Source of the DNA: Bacteroidales bacterium
GTDB taxonomy: Bacteria > Bacteroidota > Bacteroidia > Bacteroidales > UBA1402
NCBI GenBank assembly: GCA_012718945.1
Contig: JAAYBL010000019.1
Coordinates: 1 to 51,387, forward strand
Length of the DNA stretch: 51,387 nt
Direction: 5' to 3'
Within the stretch, counting starts at the first letter, position 1. Every line of letters begins with the position of its first letter. Under the pieces are notes generated by a model. That model did not search any database. It saw only the letters and a program-made list of their open reading frames with translations, and was not told where the DNA came from. Position numbers and translations under genes: made by a program. Below are positions 9,314-19,197 of the stretch, in pieces.

Positions 9314-9455
9314 TAATGTTCGTTAAATACCGTTAATAACCATGACACATGCGGGGTCACCTGAAGCGTCATTGGTTGTTTTTTGTGGTACAATTAACCG
9401 GCAAACACCATAACGCAACAACAAGAGTGATGATTAACAACTTAAACGTTCAATT

Positions 9456-12400
9456 ATGAGAAAACTGACTTTCTTACTGGCTTGCTTCTTTATGGCAAGC
9501 CTGGGTATGGTTCATGCTCAGTCGACTACAGCGTCCGGCAAGGTGGTTTACGCCGCCGACGGTGAGCCAGTCATTGGGGCATCCATATTGGTAAAAGGAA
9601 CCAATTCTGGCGCGATTACTGATGTCAACGGGCAATTTATGGTCAATATGCCTGGCTCCTCCAGGACCTTGGTCATTACGTACCTTGGTATGAAAAAAAC
9701 TGAGGTCGAAGGAAAAGCCAACATGGTCATCGAGCTTGAACCTGCCTCTTCCGAGCTGGAAGAAGTCATTGTAACCGGTTACGGTACACCCAAGAAAAGT
9801 TCTTTCTCGGGATCTGCCGCTACCATCAAAGGGGAAAAGTTGGAAAAAATTCAAACGTCCAACCTATCAAAATCCCTGGAAGGAGCTGTGGCTGGTTTGC
9901 AAACCACCTCTGGCTCCGGTCAGCCCGGTGCATCAGCTGCTCTATTGATTCGTGGTTTGGGTTCTGTCAGTGCCAGTCAGGCTCCCCTCATCGTGCTTGA
10001 TGGGGTACCTTACGAAGGTTCATTGAACACCATTTCCACCCAGGATGTTGAATCCTATACCGTTTTGAAAGATGCGGCCGCCAACTCCTTGTACGGTGCG
10101 CGTGGTTCCAACGGTGTCATAATCATCACTACCAAACGCGGGAAAAGTGGTAAAACAACCGTCAACTTTGATGCCCGCATGGGTTTCAACAGCCGTGGTG
10201 TATCACCCTATGACGTGATAACCGATCCAGGTGATTTTTATGAAATGTACTGGGAATCCATGAGGAATGCCAATTTGGCCGACGGTATGAGCTTTTTGGA
10301 GGCCAATGCAGCCGCCAGTGCCGGTTTGATCCCCAACCTTCGCTATAACGTTTACAAGAACGTACCCGATGCTGAATTGATTGATCCTGCCACGGGTAAA
10401 TTGAACGCGGCTGCCAAAAGTCTGAAATGGAACGACAGTTGGCTCAACGATCCAGCTGTCAACGGACTGCGTCAGGAATACAACGTGAACATTTCACAAG
10501 GCACGGACATGTCGAACATCTACGCTTCGCTGTCTTACCTGGATGACAAAGGTTACGTATCCAATTCCGATTTCAAGCGTATGTCTGCTCGATTGAAAGC
10601 CGAACAGAAAATAGGTGACAATATCAAGATTAACGGTGCCGTCAACTACACGAACACAGCCACCAATAATGTGGGATCAGGGACAAGTAACTACAGCAAC
10701 ATCTTCATGTTTGGTCAGCAAATTGCTCCCATTTACCCCATTTACCTCTACGACAAAACCACAGGGCAACCCTTGCTGGATAACCATGGCAACAAACGCT
10801 ATGACTTTGGTACGACCTACGCTCGTCCCTACGCTTCGGAACAAAACCCCATGGCTACCCTTAATGCCAACATCAACAAGATAATCTTTGATGTTTTCAC
10901 CACCAGGGGATCTTTTGAACTCAAATTCTTGGACGACTTTACGTTCACGACAAATGCAGCGTTGGATGTATTCTCCTCCGTTACAAACGATTTTGCCACA
11001 CCGATTGGCGGTGACGCTGCAAATGTCGGTGGTAGGGGCGAAAAGCAAACCCTTCGCTACTCGGCCTTGACTGTTCAAGAAATGTTGCAATATAAGAAGT
11101 TGTTGGGTGACCACAGCATTGACGGTTTGTTGGTGCATGAAATCAAGCGCGACAATTCAAATTCGTTGTATGGTCACATGACCAATTTCGTTGACCCCAC
11201 CAACCCTGAATTTACCAATGCCGCCAGGTACGAAGACCTGTCTTCGGCTGAACAAATGTATTCGTTGGAAGGTTTCCTGGGTAAGGTCGATTACAACTTT
11301 GCCGAAAAATACTACTTGACCGCCAGCCTTAGGTTTGATGGTTCTTCCAAGTTTCATCCCGATAACCGTTGGGGTAGTTTCTGGGCTCTGGGCGGATCCT
11401 GGCGCCTCACTCACGAAGATTTCATGAGTGATCTCTCCTTCTTCGATGAATTGAAATTGAAAGCTAGCTACGGTACCCAGGGCAACGACAACATCGGGAC
11501 CTGGTATGCCTACAAAAACCTGTACGATGTCAACCGCATCGATGGTGAACCTTCCACTTCCTTGGCTTTCCGCGGCAACCCTGATTTGTCCTGGGAAAAG
11601 AGTACCAACTTCAATGCCGGTTTCGAGATGCAGGGTTGGAACAAACGACTGGTCTTGAACGCCGACTTTTTCATCAAGGAAACCAAGGATTTGCTGTATG
11701 CCAAGCCATTGGCCGTCAGTGAAGGATTGCCCGGTACGATTTTTGTCAACGACCTTGATATGAAGAACACCGGTTTCGAAGTTGAAGTGGCACTGGATGT
11801 CGTAAAGATGAGAGACCTGCAATGGAACGTCAACCTCAACCTGACCCATTATAAAAACGCCCTGACCCGTCTTCCCTCCGACAAAGCTGAATTGATTGCT
11901 AGAGACGGAGGTTACCAAGCAGGCAGTTACTGGCGTAAAGAAGGCGGCAGTTTATACGACTTCTACACGTATGAATATAAGGGCGTAGATGAAGTATCCG
12001 GTAAGGCGCTTTACGGTGTTTATGCCAAGAAATTGGACGACAACGGCGATGTGATTTATAAAAATGGCGAACCGGTTTGGGAGGAAAAAACGCCAACCAC
12101 GATCAGTTCCAATGCAACCCTCATGCAAACAGGCAAATCGGCTGTTCCTGACCTCTACGGTGGTTTGGGTACTACTTTAGAATACAAGGGCATTGACTTT
12201 TCCTTGCAGACAGCTTTCCAGCTAGGCGGTTATGTGATGGACGGTGTGTATCAAGGCTTCATGACGCCAGGTGAAAGTGGTAACAACTTTCACAAAGACA
12301 TGTTTGCTCGATGGACACCTGAAAACACCAACACTAACGTGCCTCTGTTGCTTTATGAAGACCAAGATCAGAATGCTTCTTCAGACCGTTGGCTGACCAA

Positions 12401-12626
12401 AGCGTCTTACTTCAGCATCCGTAACATGACAGTCGGGTACACCTTACCCAAGAAATGGTTGTCCAATCTGAAGATAGAAAAGCTGCGTGTTTACGGTGTT
12501 GCCGACAATGTTTGGTACACCTCCGCCCGAAAGGGCCTTGATGTCCGTCAATCCTTCTCTGGATCGGTGAGCTACGTCTATTCGCCCATCCGCACGGTAT
12601 CGGTCGGTGTACAGATTGGTCTTTAA
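9456..12626 (+). CDS. SusC/RagA-family TonB-dependent outer membrane receptor
   Basis: Signal peptide, N-terminal extension (GEPVIGASILVKG), TonB box LEEVIVTGYG, plug motif VLKDAAANSLYGARGSNGVIIITTK, DGSSKF, and NPDLSWE. Confidence 0.97.
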   Translation: MRKLTFLLACFFMASLGMVHAQSTTASGKVVYAADGEPVIGASILVKGTNSGAITDVNGQFMVNMPGSSRTLVITYLGMKKTEVEGKANMVIELEPASSELEEVIVTGYGTPKKSSFSGSAATIKGEKLEKIQTSNLSKSLEGAVAGLQTTSGSGQPGASAALLIRGLGSVSASQAPLIVLDGVPYEGSLNTISTQDVESYTVLKDAAANSLYGARGSNGVIIITTKRGKSGKTTVNFDARMGFNSRGVSPYDVITDPGDFYEMYWESMRNANLADGMSFLEANAAASAGLIPNLRYNVYKNVPDAELIDPATGKLNAAAKSLKWNDSWLNDPAVNGLRQEYNVNISQGTDMSNIYASLSYLDDKGYVSNSDFKRMSARLKAEQKIGDNIKINGAVNYTNTATNNVGSGTSNYSNIFMFGQQIAPIYPIYLYDKTTGQPLLDNHGNKRYDFGTTYARPYASEQNPMATLNANINKIIFDVFTTRGSFELKFLDDFTFTTNAALDVFSSVTNDFATPIGGDAANVGGRGEKQTLRYSALTVQEMLQYKKLLGDHSIDGLLVHEIKRDNSNSLYGHMTNFVDPTNPEFTNAARYEDLSSAEQMYSLEGFLGKVDYNFAEKYYLTASLRFDGSSKFHPDNRWGSFWALGGSWRLTHEDFMSDLSFFDELKLKASYGTQGNDNIGTWYAYKNLYDVNRIDGEPSTSLAFRGNPDLSWEKSTNFNAGFEMQGWNKRLVLNADFFIKETKDLLYAKPLAVSEGLPGTIFVNDLDMKNTGFEVEVALDVVKMRDLQWNVNLNLTHYKNALTRLPSDKAELIARDGGYQAGSYWRKEGGSLYDFYTYEYKGVDEVSGKALYGVYAKKLDDNGDVIYKNGEPVWEEKTPTTISSNATLMQTGKSAVPDLYGGLGTTLEYKGIDFSLQTAFQLGGYVMDGVYQGFMTPGESGNNFHKDMFARWTPENTNTNVPLLLYEDQDQNASSDRWLTKASYFSIRNMTVGYTLPKKWLSNLKIEKLRVYGVADNVWYTSARKGLDVRQSFSGSVSYVYSPIRTVSVGVQIGL

Positions 12627-12650
12627 TCATAACCAGAAATAAGTTCAACT

Positions 12651-14222
12651 ATGAAAACAATTAAATATAGTATCATTGCTCTTGCCGCTTTGACGTTGAC
12701 GGCTTGCGGCGAGGATTTTCTGACCAACGATTACCGTTCTGGTCTTGATGCCGATGCGGTTGAGAAGTTGCTGGATGAAAGCCCCGACGCTGTCATCAAC
12801 TCCTATGTTAATGGCATGTATTCTTACATGGTGGAAGGTTATTCCTTTGACAACGATGCTCACGACATCTTTACGTTTGCTTCCATCTTACATGTGGCTG
12901 ATATGACCGGTCAGGATATGGTACAGGAAAAGTCTCACTGGTTCAATTATGACTACGACTGGGACAACCGCATGTTCAACTACCGTCGTACCCGCTCTCA
13001 CTGGAGTACGCTGTACACCATGATTGCCAAAGCAAACACCATCATCAACTTGTTCCCGGAAGAACCTGCTGAAGACAACGTGGTGGCACGTGCCGGTTTG
13101 GGACAAGCCCTGGCTGTTCGTGGATTGGCCTATTATTATCTGATTCAATTGTATCAACAATCAGCTACCAGCGACTCCTCAATCATTACGTTGTTGCCCG
13201 GTGTCCCCTTGAAGTTTGCAGAAACTGAAGCGGTAGAAAACAGAGACTCCTTGAATGGGAGGAATACGGTAGGTCGTGTTCACCAACAAATTGAAAGTGA
13301 CTTGAGTAGAGCGGTGGCTTTATTGGAAGGTTACGAACGTCCGGTGAAGTACTTTATCGACCAGTCGGTGGCTTATGGCATCCAGGCTCGTTACTTTCTG
13401 TTGAAAGGCAAATGGCAGGCTGCCGCTGATGCCGCAATTTCCGCTCAGGAACTGGCTGCAGATAACGGATTGGCTATCATGGAACCCAGCCTATTGCACG
13501 ATGGATTTATGGATATCTCCAACAAAGAATGGATGTGGGGTTTCGATCACTCAACAGAAACACAGACAACCTATGCTTCCTGGTTTTCCATGGTTTCCAA
13601 CATGGCTCCCGGTTATGCTGGTTTGAATTATGCTCCCCGCTTGATTGACAAAGCCCTTTATGACCAGATTTCCAAGAGCGACGAACGCAAAACCCTGTTC
13701 AATGACGGTGTTGGAGTCCCCAACGCTGATGGTGAGTTTGCCGCAGCCAAAGACCTGCCTTATGCCAACTTGAAGTTTGGCGACAAGGGTGATTGGACAA
13801 TGGATTATGTCTATATGCGTGTGGCAGAAATGGTGCTGATTGAAGCTGAAGCCAAAGCTCAAATGGGTAATAACGCTGAGGCTGCCACTGCCTTGAAGAA
13901 ACTCATGGTCAACCGCGATCCGAAATGGAACAAGGCCTCTGTAACGGTTGACGATGTCTTCGTTCAACGCCGCATTGAGTTGTGGGGTGAAGGATTCAAC
14001 TTCTTCGACTTCAAACGGTTGAACAAGGTTGTTGACAGGCGGTACAAGGATTCCAACCACCGCACAAAAGTGTATGCCCATCACGGTGCCGATTACATCA
14101 ATCTTGATCCCAAGGGCAACCCCTATTCCTGGGAAAAGCTTGCTAAAGATTGGACCTACCAGATTCCAGTTACGGAAATGAATGAGAATCCAAGGATTCT
14201 TGGTTCGGAACAGAATCCGTAA
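12651..14222 (+). CDS. RagB/SusD-family nutrient-binding lipoprotein
   Basis: Lipobox LTAC then GEDFL. QIESDL, MRVAEMVLIEAEA, RRIELWGEG...FDFKR and terminal QNP. Lies directly after susC. Confidence 0.96.
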   Translation: MKTIKYSIIALAALTLTACGEDFLTNDYRSGLDADAVEKLLDESPDAVINSYVNGMYSYMVEGYSFDNDAHDIFTFASILHVADMTGQDMVQEKSHWFNYDYDWDNRMFNYRRTRSHWSTLYTMIAKANTIINLFPEEPAEDNVVARAGLGQALAVRGLAYYYLIQLYQQSATSDSSIITLLPGVPLKFAETEAVENRDSLNGRNTVGRVHQQIESDLSRAVALLEGYERPVKYFIDQSVAYGIQARYFLLKGKWQAAADAAISAQELAADNGLAIMEPSLLHDGFMDISNKEWMWGFDHSTETQTTYASWFSMVSNMAPGYAGLNYAPRLIDKALYDQISKSDERKTLFNDGVGVPNADGEFAAAKDLPYANLKFGDKGDWTMDYVYMRVAEMVLIEAEAKAQMGNNAEAATALKKLMVNRDPKWNKASVTVDDVFVQRRIELWGEGFNFFDFKRLNKVVDRRYKDSNHRTKVYAHHGADYINLDPKGNPYSWEKLAKDWTYQIPVTEMNENPRILGSEQNP

Positions 14223-14266
14223 GTTGCTGTTAAATAACTGACTTCAAAACTCAAAAGTATAAGAGT

Positions 14267-16096
14267 ATGAAAAATATCATTCGTAGTGGCGTATTACTGT
14301 TGGGCGTGCTCAGCTTAGCGGTATTCAATTCATGTACCGAGGATTTGGTCAAATCCGACTTTGACTACAACCCCAACAAAGCGGTCACCTTGGCGTCTTT
14401 GCAATTCGATTCCCTTGTCAAGGTGTCCGATGAAGCCGTCAAGTTACAAGCAACCTTGCTTGATACCGGTGAAAGTAAAATTTACGACCAAGGGTTTATT
14501 TATTCAACATCGGAAGCCTTTGCAACTTACTCGGCTGTGTCTGTAGAATTTACTGACACTTTGACAGATGGTAGCATCGTGTTTGAGATGGAAGAGTTCA
14601 AACTAGCCCAGGGCAAGGATTTTTATTTTAAGGCCTTCGTATTGACCAAAGATGGAATGAGCATCAGCGAAGCTGTCAAAACCATCAATCTACCCGTCAC
14701 ATGGGAAACAATTGGCTCTGTAAACTTGACTGACAAGACCTTTACAAATGAATCTTACTCGGTTGACTTGCAGAAATTCAAGGGAAGGAATGAATACCGT
14801 CTGGTTGATCCCTTCCGATCGGGTGATGAGCAGTACCTGTCATTCTTCCTGGATGACGATGCCAACGCCCTGCAAAGCCAGTTCAAGCCAGGAGCCCAAA
14901 ACGTTGGCGCTGATGGTATGGTATTCTATTGGCATCCAAGCTATGTTGGATCCTATTGTGTCTTTACCAATAAGGCCAACGTCTATACCATTGGTTTCCT
15001 ATTATTGGAAGGCTCTTCGCTGTACCTAGGTGGTGAAATCATCTTTGAGTGGGTTGATGGCTATCCAGGCGAAATTCCTGAAGTCATTGATTACAACAAA
15101 ATGGCCGTTGAACCTATAGTGGGGGCTGTCAGTGAATTTACTTCTGCCGCCTTCTATAACAAGAGTTGGGCACAAGTGCTGTCAAAAGCCATCGACATCA
15201 AGAAAGACAAGCTAGACAGTCCCTACAAGAATCTGTATTATTTCTCTGACTTGTATGCTGAACGATTTGGTTTAGCCTTCTACTACAATGGTGATACTGT
15301 CATCATTCCTGGAAACCAGAAAACGGGTGCCAAGTACCGCGACAAAGACTTGTATGTTTCACCGTGTGAAGATCATAAGTCGTTTGTCAAGACCTACCCG
15401 AACGGTGTTTCAATTTACACGTTTGGCTTGGAATTCCACTTGGAAGATGGCACCAGCGTGGGTGATTTCGTAGAAACGTTTACCTATTCAAAGAATCCCA
15501 TCACCTATGAGGCTGCCGATTTCTTTGGAAGCTACCTGATGACAGGTTCCAGCCAGTTCGGTAGCTCGAATCCTGATGCTGCCATGCCTGTAACCATCGC
15601 TGCTGGTGCTACCGCCGACACCTTCCTGATTACAGGGATTGATTATGTAACCAGCGTGAAGGCCCATTTCGATGCAGCCACGAGCGTGATGTCCATTGCT
15701 CCCCAAACATTACCCGATTATGTAGGCACTAGCGCTACCTTCGATATGACCTGGTTTAATACCACACCTGAAGGTGATGTGAGTGACGAAGCTGCCATGA
15801 GCTTCACAAAGACATTGAGCGGTGACCTTGTATTATCCTCCACGTCAGCTGCTGATGGGTATATCCTGAATAGTGTTGCTGCAGGTGGTTATGTGGATGG
15901 CTACTATGGGGTGGCTTTTACACCTCAAGCCCAACCGGCCGGCGCCAAGCTCATGAAGGTGAAATCCACAAAAACACCCTCCTTTGGAGTTAAAGGTGAT
16001 TTGTTCAGGTCTTCTATCCGTTTCGCTGAAGGCGATTTCGCTGTGAAACCATTCGAAAAATCATTTCGCCAAGTAACGATTGCCCCCATCCGTTGA
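14267..16096 (+). CDS. Multidomain surface lipoprotein of the SusC/D locus (unknown ligand)
   Basis: Lipobox FNSC then TED. Beta-rich, aromatic-rich modules. Third gene before the terminator. Confidence 0.75.
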   Translation: MKNIIRSGVLLLGVLSLAVFNSCTEDLVKSDFDYNPNKAVTLASLQFDSLVKVSDEAVKLQATLLDTGESKIYDQGFIYSTSEAFATYSAVSVEFTDTLTDGSIVFEMEEFKLAQGKDFYFKAFVLTKDGMSISEAVKTINLPVTWETIGSVNLTDKTFTNESYSVDLQKFKGRNEYRLVDPFRSGDEQYLSFFLDDDANALQSQFKPGAQNVGADGMVFYWHPSYVGSYCVFTNKANVYTIGFLLLEGSSLYLGGEIIFEWVDGYPGEIPEVIDYNKMAVEPIVGAVSEFTSAAFYNKSWAQVLSKAIDIKKDKLDSPYKNLYYFSDLYAERFGLAFYYNGDTVIIPGNQKTGAKYRDKDLYVSPCEDHKSFVKTYPNGVSIYTFGLEFHLEDGTSVGDFVETFTYSKNPITYEAADFFGSYLMTGSSQFGSSNPDAAMPVTIAAGATADTFLITGIDYVTSVKAHFDAATSVMSIAPQTLPDYVGTSATFDMTWFNTTPEGDVSDEAAMSFTKTLSGDLVLSSTSAADGYILNSVAAGGYVDGYYGVAFTPQAQPAGAKLMKVKSTKTPSFGVKGDLFRSSIRFAEGDFAVKPFEKSFRQVTIAPIR

Positions 16097-16117
16097 TTGG
16101 TTGGCCCTTTATAAAAT

Positions 16118-16153
16118 CCGCCCGGGAAGTACGCTTTTCGGGCGGTTTTTTTT
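16118..16153 (+). terminator. Rho-independent terminator ending the susC/susD operon
   Basis: CCGCCCGGGAAG-TACG-CTTTTCGGGCGG followed by T8. Confidence 0.9.
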
Positions 16154-16188
16154 GTGATTACACTGCATGTTTATGTAATCCTTTTTGA

Positions 16189-16196
16189 TACCTTTG
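16189..16196 (+). promoter_or_regulatory. -7 element (TACCTTTG) for the M16 peptidase
   Basis: TAnnTTTG match 26 nt before ATG 16223. Confidence 0.62.
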
Positions 16197-16222
16197 TCGA
16201 AATGTTATCAAAACAACGCTTT

Positions 16223-19117
16223 ATGAAAAGACAATGTTTGCTGATGCTGAGCTTGTTGTTGCTAAGCTTGGGTGTCGCCTCCGCTCAAGGATTTTCGTCC
16301 TACAAGCTTCAAAATGGTCTGACGGTCTATTTGTGGGAGGATTCCAATCTACCCACTGTTTACGGATCTGTTATGGTAAGAGCCGGTGCTGTGGATGAAC
16401 CGGGCGACTATACTGGCTTGGCTCACTACCTGGAGCACGTTATGTTTAAGGGTACACAAACCATTGGTGCTCTGGACTGGGAAAAAGAAAAGCCCTTGTA
16501 TGAAGAAATCATACGCTTGTACGATGAGTATTCAGACACTCAGGATCCTGTAAAACGGACTGAGCTGGAGAAACGCATCAATGAGGTTTCCCTGGAAGCA
16601 GCTCAATACGGCTCGACCAATGAATTTTCCAACCTTGTGCAAAGTCTTGGTGGAGAGGGTTTGAATGCTGGAACCAGCTATGACCAAACGGTTTATTTCA
16701 ATGAATTCCCTTCGTTAATGATGGAAAAATGGTTGGCACTCAGCTCCGAACGCTTTCTGAATCCTGTATTCAGAACGTTTCAGGCTGAGTTGGAAAATGT
16801 CTACGAAGAATACAACATGTATGAGGATCAGAATTCCACTCATTTGAAAAATTTTATTTATAGTCATTTGTACGAAGGACATCCCTACAGTAGGGACGTA
16901 ATCGGTTTTGCTGATCACTTGAAGAATCCCAGGTTGAGTAAGTTGATTGATTATTACAACACGTGGTATGTGCCCAACAATATGGCGTTGGTCTTGATTG
17001 GCAATTTTAATGCTGAAAAGGCAAAGCCCTTGATTGCCGACTATTTTGGCCGTTTGCAAACCAAACCGTTACCCGAAAGACCCAAGTATCCTGATACCGA
17101 TTTCTCTCAACATCCTACGTTCAAGGCCAAGATTGGCTTGCAACCAACCGTTGTTTGGGCTTACAAAGGCGTGGGTATGGACAGTGAGGATCATCTGATA
17201 CTCGATTTTTGCTCCAACCTGTTGAGTAATTCTATGAATACAGGTTTGTTGGATAAAATCACCATGGATGGTGATGTGCAATTTGCCTATTCTGGTGTGG
17301 ATGCCAGACGTGACAGGGGACGGTTTATCATCCAGGCTGTTCCTTACTACGACGTCAATCAACGCTTGTATGAATCGGACAAAGCCACCGAGAAAGTCGT
17401 CATGGAGCAAGTGAACAAGTTGAAGTCGGGCGAGCTGGATGAATGGCTGATTGAGTCGGTCAAGAATGAACAGTTGCGCAACTTTGTCATGATGTCAGAA
17501 AATGCGAACGGCAAGTCCGCGATGTTGAGAAATATCTTTTCTTATCAGCTGCCTGATGATTATTACGAGAAAGCTTTGGCAACCATCAAGGCGGTCACCA
17601 AGGAAGATGTCATGCGTGTGGCCAAAAAATACATTACAGATAGCTACATGACCTTGTCTATTGATGAGGGTAAGCCCCATAAGGACAAATTGAAAAAGCC
17701 GGCCATAGAGCCCATAAAGGCCCCTGAAGGTAAAAAGTCGGCTTATTGGGATCAATTGGCAAAAATACCCACTGATTCATTCTCTGTTACCTACAACGAT
17801 TTCACCTCCGTGGCCACGGCTTCACTTTATGATGGGGTGCGACTACACCACACAAACAATCCACTCAACAATTATTTTTCACTCACACTCAAGTATGGTG
17901 TCGGGACAGAAAAAATGCCGAAATTGAGCTACGCCACCGAAATGATGAACGCAGTTGGAATCATGCCCAGCGACGATCCTCAATCGGTACGTCGTCAACT
18001 AAGTGAATTGAATGCCAGTTGTAGTTTTGAAGTGACCGATGACTATTTCTACATAACGATCATCGGATCTGACGACAACTTGAAGGACATTTGTACCCTG
18101 GTTACCCGGATGATTCTCCTGCCCAAGGTGGAAGAAAAACAACTGAACCGTGTGGTCGGTGCCGAATTATCTCAACGGTTGATGGTGGAGAAAAATACCC
18201 CCGACATTTTGGCTGATGCCCTGCTCAAATATGCGCAGTATAAGGAAAAATCGTCTTACATAGACCGTCTTGGTTTATCCGATGTCTATAACCTTAAGCA
18301 ATCGGATTTGGCTGGTACCATCATCCGTGCTACCAATTACGAATTGGATATCCATTACGTGGGCAAACTCCCATTTGACGAAGCCAAAGCCGTGCTCAGC
18401 GCCAACCTGCCTTTGAAGGAAGGGGTCATGAAGAGTGAATCGCCCTTTGTCAAGCCCAGGATAAGCTACGACAAGACAAACCTTTACTTCCTGCCCAATA
18501 AGGATAGCAAGCAAGCTCAGATTTATTTTTATTTTGAAGGAGAGCCCTACGATACAGCTGATGAAGTGACGTACAGAGCCTTCAATGAATACTTCAACGG
18601 GGGGTTCAGCGGTATTGTCATGCAGGAGGTCAGAGAGAAGCGCTCCATGGCTTACACGGCTGGTGGGTCGTTCGTGAGGCCCCCTCTGAATGGCAAGAAC
18701 ACTTACTTCCTTGGTTACATTGGCACGCAGCCCGATAAGGCAGCGGATGCCGTGGATGTGTTCATGGGGCTGTTAAAAGACATGCCTGCCTATCCTGAAC
18801 GCATGGACGACCTGAAAGTCTACTTGAAACAATCGTACTTGTCGGAAAAGCCCTCCTTCAGAAGGCGTAGTCAACAGTTCTCCTATTGGAAGCAATTAGG
18901 CTACACCGAAGACCCGGCTAAAGCCAACGCCGCCAAGATCGATGCCATCAGCTTTGATGATGTGCTGAAGTTTTATGAAAAGCATGTGAAAGGAAAGCCC
19001 GTCACCGTGGTTATCATGGGTGATCCAAAGATGATCAACCAAAAGCAATTGCAAGCCACGTATGGCAAACTGACCAAAATGAACGCGAACAAATTGTTCA
19101 GCCCTGACGTCTTCTAA
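16223..19117 (+). CDS. Secreted M16 (insulinase/pitrilysin) family zinc peptidase
   Basis: Signal peptide (MKRQCLL...ASA-Q), intact HXXEH (HYLEH), NAGTSYD, YVPNNM and VREKRSMAY motifs. Confidence 0.93.
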   Translation: MKRQCLLMLSLLLLSLGVASAQGFSSYKLQNGLTVYLWEDSNLPTVYGSVMVRAGAVDEPGDYTGLAHYLEHVMFKGTQTIGALDWEKEKPLYEEIIRLYDEYSDTQDPVKRTELEKRINEVSLEAAQYGSTNEFSNLVQSLGGEGLNAGTSYDQTVYFNEFPSLMMEKWLALSSERFLNPVFRTFQAELENVYEEYNMYEDQNSTHLKNFIYSHLYEGHPYSRDVIGFADHLKNPRLSKLIDYYNTWYVPNNMALVLIGNFNAEKAKPLIADYFGRLQTKPLPERPKYPDTDFSQHPTFKAKIGLQPTVVWAYKGVGMDSEDHLILDFCSNLLSNSMNTGLLDKITMDGDVQFAYSGVDARRDRGRFIIQAVPYYDVNQRLYESDKATEKVVMEQVNKLKSGELDEWLIESVKNEQLRNFVMMSENANGKSAMLRNIFSYQLPDDYYEKALATIKAVTKEDVMRVAKKYITDSYMTLSIDEGKPHKDKLKKPAIEPIKAPEGKKSAYWDQLAKIPTDSFSVTYNDFTSVATASLYDGVRLHHTNNPLNNYFSLTLKYGVGTEKMPKLSYATEMMNAVGIMPSDDPQSVRRQLSELNASCSFEVTDDYFYITIIGSDDNLKDICTLVTRMILLPKVEEKQLNRVVGAELSQRLMVEKNTPDILADALLKYAQYKEKSSYIDRLGLSDVYNLKQSDLAGTIIRATNYELDIHYVGKLPFDEAKAVLSANLPLKEGVMKSESPFVKPRISYDKTNLYFLPNKDSKQAQIYFYFEGEPYDTADEVTYRAFNEYFNGGFSGIVMQEVREKRSMAYTAGGSFVRPPLNGKNTYFLGYIGTQPDKAADAVDVFMGLLKDMPAYPERMDDLKVYLKQSYLSEKPSFRRRSQQFSYWKQLGYTEDPAKANAAKIDAISFDDVLKFYEKHVKGKPVTVVIMGDPKMINQKQLQATYGKLTKMNANKLFSPDVF

Positions 19118-19139
19118 AGGGAAATCATCCAACAAACTT

Positions 19140-19194
19140 GAGCCGACTCATTGATTCGCACTGTCCGAATCGCCGTGAGTCGGCTCTTTTTTTT
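19140..19194 (+). terminator. Long hairpin/terminator between the convergent M16 peptidase and TerC genes
   Basis: GAGCCGACTCA...TGAGTCGGCTC (11 bp) with inner GATTCG/CGAATC stem, then T8. Confidence 0.75.
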
Positions 19195-19197
19195 GGG

